This document shows, in pieces, positions 57,430 through 64,000 of a stretch of 64,000 nucleotides of DNA. This DNA comes from an uncultured delta proteobacterium (GTDB lineage: Bacteria > Desulfobacterota > BSN033 > UBA1163). The notes under the pieces are model-generated. The model saw only the letters and a program-made list of their open reading frames with translations, made no database searches and had not been told where the DNA came from. The stretch's first letter is position 1; each line of letters begins with the position of its first letter. A program made the translations under genes and the position numbers. Location of the stretch: positions 160,001 through 224,000 of the forward strand of contig CAWHBU010000003.1 of the NCBI GenBank assembly GCA_963827685.1, written 5' to 3'.

Positions 57430-58323
57430 CTAAAACTTTTTGATCTTGCTGACTTCTTCACTGCCAAAGATGCCACTGGGTTTGAAGCAGAGGATAAAAA
57501 GAAGGATCACTAACGCCACGGCGTCCTTAAATCCGGAATGGACTAAACCAGCTGTAAGGGACTCTAGTATTCCCACAATAAACCCTCCCAGCACTGCACC
57601 ATAACCCACACCCAACCCCCCAAGAACAGCCGCACAGAACCCTTTGACTGCCAATATTGGCCCTCGATCATAATCCATTAAAGAGATAGGCGTGATCACT
57701 ATCCCAGCCACCGCTCCCAAGGCAGCGCTCAATGCAAAAGAGAGGAGAACCATCCTCCTCACATGGATGCCCATCAGGCTTGCAGCCATTGGATTGAAGG
57801 AACAGGCGCTCATTGCTTTCCCGACAATCGTCTTTCCAAAAAAGAGGGTCATTAAGACGACAATGGCCAACGCCGTCCCTAATACCCAAAAGGTTTGAAG
57901 CATAATCACCGCTCCACCAATCATTACCGGGGCTCCCGGGGTGAAGGGGGGGAGGCTATAGGGGTCTTTCCCCCAGATAAACATCGCAATTCCTCGAAAA
58001 AGAATGGATGCGGCAATGGTGACAATGATCAGGGTAAGAAGCGAAGCATTCCTTAAGGGATGGATGGCAAAGCGTTCAAAGAGGGCTCCAATCCCTGTCA
58101 CAGCAATGACTGCCAGAGGAAACCCAACCCAGAGAGGCAGTTTGAGAACCGCCGTCAGAAAAACCATAATCAATCCGCCAAACATCACAAACTCTCCCTG
58201 GGCCAAATTGAGGACAGTTGTTGCATTATAGATGATGTTGAACCCGAGGCCGACCATCGAATAAATCGATCCTATCGTTAAACCGGTGAATAGAAACTGA
58301 AGGATCTGGCTGAACAAGGTCAT
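57430..58323 (-). CDS. livH: LivH-like ABC permease
   Basis: GSIYSMVGLG, NLAQGEF, AAVLGG and KPSGIFG. Confidence 0.92.
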   Translation of the reverse strand: MTLFSQILQFLFTGLTIGSIYSMVGLGFNIIYNATTVLNLAQGEFVMFGGLIMVFLTAVLKLPLWVGFPLAVIAVTGIGALFERFAIHPLRNASLLTLIIVTIAASILFRGIAMFIWGKDPYSLPPFTPGAPVMIGGAVIMLQTFWVLGTALAIVVLMTLFFGKTIVGKAMSACSFNPMAASLMGIHVRRMVLLSFALSAALGAVAGIVITPISLMDYDRGPILAVKGFCAAVLGGLGVGYGAVLGGFIVGILESLTAGLVHSGFKDAVALVILLFILCFKPSGIFGSEEVSKIKKF

Positions 58324-58343
58324 TTTTCCACAAACCCACTTAT

Positions 58344-58376
58344 AAAAAAGGAGAGGCTAATTGCTCAGCCTCTCCC
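58344..58376 (-). terminator. Intrinsic terminator/attenuator between the SBP and permease genes
   Basis: ggagaggct-gagcaatt-agcctctcc followed by TTTTTT on the - strand. Confidence 0.75.
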
Positions 58377-58384
58377 AATAGTGA

Positions 58385-59587
58385 TTACTTCGCAAACTCC
58401 CACTCGCCCTTGACCACTTCGATCATCTCAAAACCATCGGCCCCAAAACCTGTATGGTCAACAGGCGACATATTGTACATTCCACCTGTGCCTGGCCAGT
58501 AACGTAATTTGGTTTCAAGATAGTCTCTGATCTTTTTCTTATCCGGGCCCACCGCCTTTAATGCATCCGCGACCATCATGACGGCATCATACGCATGACC
58601 TCCAAAGGTGGAGACATCGGTTTTGTATCGCTTCTCATATTCCGTCTTATATTTCAGGATGACCTCTTTCTGGGGATTTTTTGGGTCAACCTTTTCAGCA
58701 TAGAGGACACGTCCAAGAGGAGTAATAACCCCTTCTGCAGCTCCACCCGCCAATTTGATATTACCCTTACTTCCAAACCCGTGGCTCTGAATCAAGGGGA
58801 TCTTCCCTCGCATTCCGAGATCATTCCAGTTCTTTGTCACGATCACTTGGGGGGGGCCGACAGACCAGTTGATCACTGCTTGAGCAGGAGAGGCCTTGAT
58901 CTTTGTCAACTGCACGCTCATATCGGTATCTCTTGGCCCATAGAGTTCATCAGCAACGATTTCAATGCCATATTTGGGAGCCAGTCGCTTTAGTTGCCGA
59001 CGGCCTTCCACCCCGAACCCAGCGCTGACCGTGATGATCGCAACCTTCTTAATCTTCTTAGCCTGGCAATAAATGTAAATCCTTTCCACGGCAGAGGCGT
59101 CAGGTGGAGCAACCTTAAAAATCCAGTACCGTTGTTTCTTTGGAACTTCAAGCCAAGGTGTCGCTGAGGCCTCCATTCTCTTCGTTTCATCCTCCGGTGT
59201 GACAATGGACAAAGCGGCGGCCATGGAGATCATTGGTGTCTGTGCCTGCTCACAGATGGGGACCATGGCCATCGATTCACCGGTCGTAGAGGATCCGATG
59301 ACAACCAGAACATTGTCCTTCTCAATCAACCTCTTGGTTGCCAAAACGGCATCGGCTTCCATGCCTTTCGAATCCTCAATGATGATTTCGATGGGGACAC
59401 CCTTGATCCCGCCTGCGGCATTGATCCACTCTTGAAGCATGATGGCAGTATTCCTTTCTGGTTCGCCCAACCAAGAAGCAGGACCTGTGATGGAAGCCAC
59501 AAAACCAATCTTATAGGCTGCCCATCCAGGGCACACAAAGACTATACACAATACCATTGTTAAAAAAGCAATCCAACTCTTTTTCAT
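58385..59587 (-). CDS. LivK-like ABC substrate-binding protein
   Basis: Signal peptide, KIGFVASITGPASWLG, INAAGGIKG and GHAYDA. Confidence 0.9.
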   Translation of the reverse strand: MKKSWIAFLTMVLCIVFVCPGWAAYKIGFVASITGPASWLGEPERNTAIMLQEWINAAGGIKGVPIEIIIEDSKGMEADAVLATKRLIEKDNVLVVIGSSTTGESMAMVPICEQAQTPMISMAAALSIVTPEDETKRMEASATPWLEVPKKQRYWIFKVAPPDASAVERIYIYCQAKKIKKVAIITVSAGFGVEGRRQLKRLAPKYGIEIVADELYGPRDTDMSVQLTKIKASPAQAVINWSVGPPQVIVTKNWNDLGMRGKIPLIQSHGFGSKGNIKLAGGAAEGVITPLGRVLYAEKVDPKNPQKEVILKYKTEYEKRYKTDVSTFGGHAYDAVMMVADALKAVGPDKKKIRDYLETKLRYWPGTGGMYNMSPVDHTGFGADGFEMIEVVKGEWEFAK

Positions 59588-60060
59588 AAATTTACTCCTT
59601 TCCTAACGTTCTCTTTTCTCGGAATGCTCCTCCATTTCGTCTTCTTCATCTGCTGACGTTCCGTACCAACACCTCCTTTCTTATTAAGTTTCCTATCTGA
59701 TCAGGAGTAAGGGAAAAGACGGGATATTAGAGTTCAATGGACTTTTTTATAGCTCAAATCAGACGAGATGGAAAACGAAAATCCAATTACTAATATGTAT
59801 AGAAACAGAAGTAACTATCTTCGCTGTCTTATTTCGCAACCCAAAACAAGATGGAAAATAACTTTCCTTTTCTACCTCCTGAGCATTTTTTGACAAGCTT
59901 AGATATACTAAACAGAAATCTTTTGTCAAGCAAAATCTATACATATCTTCTTGTCCAGAACCCATGAGGACCATATTTTCTTATGATCCCAAGTTCTGAC
60001 CGAGCAGTAGGTTTCGTCTTCTCAATTCTTCATGCCAACTTCAAATCCCATCCAGTATTC

Positions 60061-60183
60061 CTAAGAATCTTTTCCTCCGGCGATGACCACGTCCGCCCCT
60101 TCCTGAGCTATCTTCAGTGCAATGCTTCGACCGATCCCATACCCTGCTCCAGTTACTATTGTTCTCTTATCCGCTAACCTCAT
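60061..60183 (-). pseudogene. N-terminal remnant of a short-chain dehydrogenase/reductase
   Basis: MRLADKRTIVTGAGYGIGRSIALKIAQEGADVVIA then a stop; only the TGxxxGIG motif remains. Confidence 0.75.
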
Positions 60184-60295
60184 CTTCTCGTCTTTCCAGC
60201 CTTTCTAAAATTAGGGCTGTATCACTCCATTCTCCCATTCGTCTGATAATTCAATGGGATCGATCCTCTATTGTCCGTTTTGAAATCGGAGCCCC

Positions 60296-61240
60296 TCAAG
60301 AGAAACTCGCCTCAGCCTTCTTGGGAGTAATGAGTCTACGAATCCTCGATGCCATCTCCACCAGCCCTCCAGGCAGAAGCAAAACGACTAGAATAAAGAG
60401 GGTGCCAAAGATGAAGACATGAAGCTCCGGGAAGGTCCGTGCAAACAATTCCTTGAAGATTGCATAGAAAAAAGATCCGATAATTGGACCGACAATCGTA
60501 CCTACTCCTCCCACAAAGGTGATCAGAAGGGCATCAAAGGTCCAGGTAGGACTGAAAGGTAGATCATAATAATAGCTGACATGATAAAAGGCAAAAGCTC
60601 CCCCTGTTAACCCAGCGAAGAAAGTGCTAATGGCCAAGGCAATGACCTTCTGCCGAAAGGGGTTCACCCCTGACGCTTTTGCTGCTTCTTCATCCTCTCG
60701 TACAGCCACCATCCCTAATCCCGACTTAGAATGACTGATCAGATAGACCGCGGCGACCGTGATGACGGCCAAGATCAAAAAGAGGTAATAACGTGGGATA
60801 AGATTATAAGTAGCGATGTAATCGCCGGGTAGATCAGCGACGGTGGGAAGGACATTGCCAACAGTGATCTTTAATATTTGAGCCAGACCAAGGGTACCAA
60901 TAGCAAAGTAGATGCCCCTTAAGCGGAGTGCAGAATGGCCAATGATCAGAGCAAAGATCACAGCCACCACTCCGCCGGCTAGAAAAGCCAAAAAGAATGG
61001 AGTCCCCCACACCCATAACAAGCGTGTGGTAATGGCTCCCAATCCAAAGAAGGCGGCATGTCCCAAACTGACTTGCCCTGCATAGCCAGCAAGGATATTC
61101 CAACTCTGGGCTAAGCAGATATATAAGAAGATGAGGACCATTAAATTGATGAGATCATTTCTTTTCGTCAACAAGGGGACAAGGGCGAGCAAAATGGCAA
61201 TCCCTAAACTTAATAAAAAGATCTTCCTTTGACTGGACAA
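60296..61240 (-). CDS. livM: LivM-like ABC permease
   Basis: SWNILAGYAGQVSLGHAAFFG, LRGIYFAI and PGGL. TTG after GGAGG. Confidence 0.9.
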   Translation of the reverse strand: MSSQRKIFLLSLGIAILLALVPLLTKRNDLINLMVLIFLYICLAQSWNILAGYAGQVSLGHAAFFGLGAITTRLLWVWGTPFFLAFLAGGVVAVIFALIIGHSALRLRGIYFAIGTLGLAQILKITVGNVLPTVADLPGDYIATYNLIPRYYLFLILAVITVAAVYLISHSKSGLGMVAVREDEEAAKASGVNPFRQKVIALAISTFFAGLTGGAFAFYHVSYYYDLPFSPTWTFDALLITFVGGVGTIVGPIIGSFFYAIFKELFARTFPELHVFIFGTLFILVVLLLPGGLVEMASRIRRLITPKKAEASFS

Positions 61241-61250
61241 CTTATCCTCC

Positions 61251-62132
61251 TTACCCAATTCTCTTGCCAAACAATCCCTGAGGCCTCAGTTCTAATACCA
61301 ACAGAAAGATGACCAGGCCGACAACTTCCATGTAGGGACCAACAAACAAGGTGCTGACCGACTCAACTGCTCCTAATAACACCCCGGCCACAAAAGCCCC
61401 TCCAATATTACCCAATCCGGCTAACACCACAACGATGAGGGCTTTCAGGGTCCACTCCAACCCCATGGCTGGATGAATGGCATAGCCTACGCTCACGATG
61501 GTGCCAGCCATCGCTGCCAGCGCAGCCCCTAAAGCAAAAGAGATCATGGAGGTCTTTTCAATATTGATCCCCATCAAAGCAGCAGACTCCCAATTCTCCG
61601 TGGTTGCCCGGATGGCCTTACCAAAATAGGTCTTGGTAAGAAACTGCTGGAGGGCAAGGATGACAATGCTGGCTAGGACCAACCCCGCTAAACGGATAAA
61701 GGGGAAGCGAAGTCCAAGTAAACTAAAACCCCATCCCGAATAGAAGACGCTCACACTCCTCTCATCGGCCGTCCAGAGTCGGATGGCAAGGTTGTGAAAG
61801 ACCAAAGAGAGGCCGAAACCAATAAGCAAGGAGTTTTTTATCTTCACCTCTTCATTAAGTTTAGCCAGTGGAGAAAAGAGCCCTTTATAAAGGCCCATTC
61901 CTATCAGGAAGAGAACGAATGCCGATGGAAGCAAAGAGAGAAAAGGATCAATATGATAGAGGGAGAAAAACCAAAAGGTCACATATCCTCCCAGCATCAG
62001 CAACTCACCGTGGGCAACATTTAACATCTTCATCACCCCGAAGACGAGGGAAAGCCCCACTGCTGCCAGCCCATAAAGGCCCCCAACGAAGATACCAAAA
62101 ATTAAACTCTGGGCGAACACTTGCAAATTCAT
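61251..62132 (-). CDS. livH: LivH-like ABC permease
   Basis: YGLAAVGLSLVFGVMKMLNVAHG, GKAIRA and RPQGLFG. Confidence 0.92.
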   Translation of the reverse strand: MNLQVFAQSLIFGIFVGGLYGLAAVGLSLVFGVMKMLNVAHGELLMLGGYVTFWFFSLYHIDPFLSLLPSAFVLFLIGMGLYKGLFSPLAKLNEEVKIKNSLLIGFGLSLVFHNLAIRLWTADERSVSVFYSGWGFSLLGLRFPFIRLAGLVLASIVILALQQFLTKTYFGKAIRATTENWESAALMGINIEKTSMISFALGAALAAMAGTIVSVGYAIHPAMGLEWTLKALIVVVLAGLGNIGGAFVAGVLLGAVESVSTLFVGPYMEVVGLVIFLLVLELRPQGLFGKRIG

Positions 62133-62145
62133 GGTTTATGATCTC

Positions 62146-62859
62146 TCAAACCGATTCCGTACCCAGATAAACCTCTCTGACATGCTGATCATTGAGCATG
62201 TTCCGGCTATCCCCGTGCTTCACAATGCGCCCATTTTCAATGACATAGGCACGCTTGGCCAATTGCAACGCTATGCGGACGTTCTGCTCGATCAGTAGGA
62301 TGGTTACCCCAGAGTGGTTAATTTGACCAATCACCTCATAAATAACCTTCGACAAGAGAGGGGAGAGTCCCCAAGAGGGTTCGTCAAAAAGGAGAAGTTT
62401 CGGTTTGGACATCAATCCTCTCCCGATGGCCAGCATCTGCTGTTCCCCTCCGCTCAGAGTCCCTGAGGCCTGTTTTTTTCTTGCTTTTAGGACGGGAAAA
62501 AGCTCATAAACCTGTGCAAGAGTTTCTTCCTTACAGTTACGGCCTTTGGCTGTAAAGGCTCCCAATTCCAAATTCTCTAAGGTGCTCATACCGGGAAAGA
62601 GTCCTCTTCCTTCAGGGACTAAACTGATTCCCATTTCCACTCTTTTATGGATAGGCACTTTCCCCATTGCCAACCCTTCAAACCTAATCTCTCCAGCAAA
62701 GGGCCTCAACAACCCGGTGATTGTCTTGAGGGTAGTCGTCTTCCCAGCACTATTGGGACCGATGAGCGCCACAATCTCCTCCTTTTTTACCTCAAAGAAG
62801 ACATCCCAAAGGACCTGAAGGTCCCCATAGGAGACATTTATCCTCTCTATCTCCAACAT
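62146..62859 (-). CDS. livF: LivF-like ABC ATP-binding protein
   Basis: GPNSAGKTT and LSGGEQQMLAIGRGLM. Confidence 0.92.
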   Translation of the reverse strand: MLEIERINVSYGDLQVLWDVFFEVKKEEIVALIGPNSAGKTTTLKTITGLLRPFAGEIRFEGLAMGKVPIHKRVEMGISLVPEGRGLFPGMSTLENLELGAFTAKGRNCKEETLAQVYELFPVLKARKKQASGTLSGGEQQMLAIGRGLMSKPKLLLFDEPSWGLSPLLSKVIYEVIGQINHSGVTILLIEQNVRIALQLAKRAYVIENGRIVKHGDSRNMLNDQHVREVYLGTESV

Positions 62860-62863
62860 AGGA

Positions 62864-63583
62864 CTATTTCCCCAGGTAGGCCTCGATGACCAACTGATTT
62901 TTCACGACTTCTTTAGGTAAACCTTCAGCGATCTTTTCTCCGATATTGAGCGCCATGATCCGGTCAGAGATCCCTAAAACCGCCTTCATGATGTGTTCAA
63001 CCATAACTACCGTTATTCCAGAGCCCCTTATCTTTTTCACCAATTCCATCGCGATCTCTGTTTCAGCTGAATTCAGGCCTGCCATTAATTCATCCAACAA
63101 GAGTAATTGGGGATGTGCGGCCAAAGCCCTTGCCAATTCTAATCTCTTGCGCTCAGCCATGGTGAGTTGAGAGGCAACAACCTCTATCTTGTTCCCCAAG
63201 CCGACAAAGTTGAGGATTTCAACAACTTCTTCCTTAGCCTTTCTTAAGTTGCTCGCAGGATCTTTTCCGTAGGCACGGCCGACCATGACATTCTGGAGGG
63301 TTGTTAATTGATGAAAGGGCTTGACCAGTTGAAATATACGAGCGATTCCTTGCCTGCATATTTGATGGGGAGGAAGGCCCGTTATATCCTTCCCCATAAA
63401 AGTCACTTTCCCTGAGTTGGCTTTCAGGAAACCAGTAATGACATTAAAGAGAGTGGTCTTACCTGAACCATTGGGGCCAATGACACCAAATATCTCCCCC
63501 TCAAAAATCTCAAAATTCACATTACAGAGGGCCATTAATCCGCCAAAGGACTTAATTAATTTCGCTACCCGTAAAAGGAGCAT
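62864..63583 (-). CDS. livG: LivG-like ABC ATP-binding protein
   Basis: GPNGSGKTT, LLDELMAG and VEHIM. Confidence 0.92.
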   Translation of the reverse strand: MLLLRVAKLIKSFGGLMALCNVNFEIFEGEIFGVIGPNGSGKTTLFNVITGFLKANSGKVTFMGKDITGLPPHQICRQGIARIFQLVKPFHQLTTLQNVMVGRAYGKDPASNLRKAKEEVVEILNFVGLGNKIEVVASQLTMAERKRLELARALAAHPQLLLLDELMAGLNSAETEIAMELVKKIRGSGITVVMVEHIMKAVLGISDRIMALNIGEKIAEGLPKEVVKNQLVIEAYLGK

Positions 63584-63654
63584 CTTAGACTACTTTCCTT
63601 GAGATTGAAGCTCGACGAAGATAATTGAACTGGAGAAAAATCTTTTTATTTAAC

Positions 63655-63688
63655 ATTGAAGCTCCCCGCCTGAGGGGGGAGCTTCAAT
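63655..63688. other. 13-bp hairpin downstream of the SBP gene
   Basis: attgaagctcccc-gcctgagg-ggggagcttcaat. Confidence 0.6.
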
Positions 63689-63722
63689 AAAAGAAGACCC
63701 ACTTATCAGTTGTTAATGATGA

Positions 63723-64000
63723 TTACCTTTCAGACCATTTAGGCATGGGATAGATAAACGGAGCAGTGGCATATTGTTTTGGAAATATAACTTCTTGTTT
63801 CCCCTTTTGCCACTGGACAGAGAAAAAGATCACCACCCCTGTTCCGTCTGGTCGAAACTTAAGGGGACCTATCACGGTCATCATATTGGTAGCGGCAATC
63901 GCGTCTCTGATCTTTGTCCTGTCCAAGGTTCCTGCCTTTTCGATTGCATTAGCCAATATCTGAACGCAGGCATAGGCTGGCCCCGTGATCACATCTGCTG
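63723..64000 (-). CDS. LivK-like substrate-binding protein, C-terminal part (truncated by the window edge)
   Basis: AYACVQILANAIEKAGTLD..TVIGPLKF..QWQKG..P, upstream of livG. Confidence 0.85.
   Translation of the reverse strand, partial: ADVITGPAYACVQILANAIEKAGTLDRTKIRDAIAATNMMTVIGPLKFRPDGTGVVIFFSVQWQKGKQEVIFPKQYATAPFIYPMPKWSER

Overview
About 64 kb of an anaerobic bacterial chromosome. The gene content suggests Desulfobacterota/Deltaproteobacteria (inference). From 0.5 to 47.5 kb almost everything is on the + strand: an XRE-cupin regulator, a Liv-type ABC uptake cluster with two acyl-CoA ligases, thiolase/Hbd/acyl-CoA dehydrogenases, an HdrD-like CCG protein, a DRTGG/kinase/PHP module, a HydABC-like (NuoE/Fd/NuoF/NuoG-like) module whose large subunit has no recognisable catalytic centre, EtfBA, two complementary HdrA paralogues, CobO, an isobutyryl-CoA-mutase-like pair, a Cys-less thiolase-like/DUF35 pair, MeaB, a carboxyltransferase, a true methylmalonyl-CoA mutase pair and the epimerase. 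After 47.5 kb come a UxxC selenoprotein thioredoxin-TPR, a tat operon with three TatA/B genes, DedA/VTT genes, pcnB and two more Liv-type operons on the - strand. The most striking non-genic feature is that about 20 gene junctions carry inverted arrays of imperfect 7-mers (one 8-mer). One such pair encloses a four-helix-bundle gene, most are empty, and some are chimeric. Several tiny palindromic elements are inserted into these spacers, including an exact 20-nt element whose removal restores the 7-mer register at both of its sites. No rRNA, tRNA or CRISPR array was seen. All product calls come from motif recognition without database searches.
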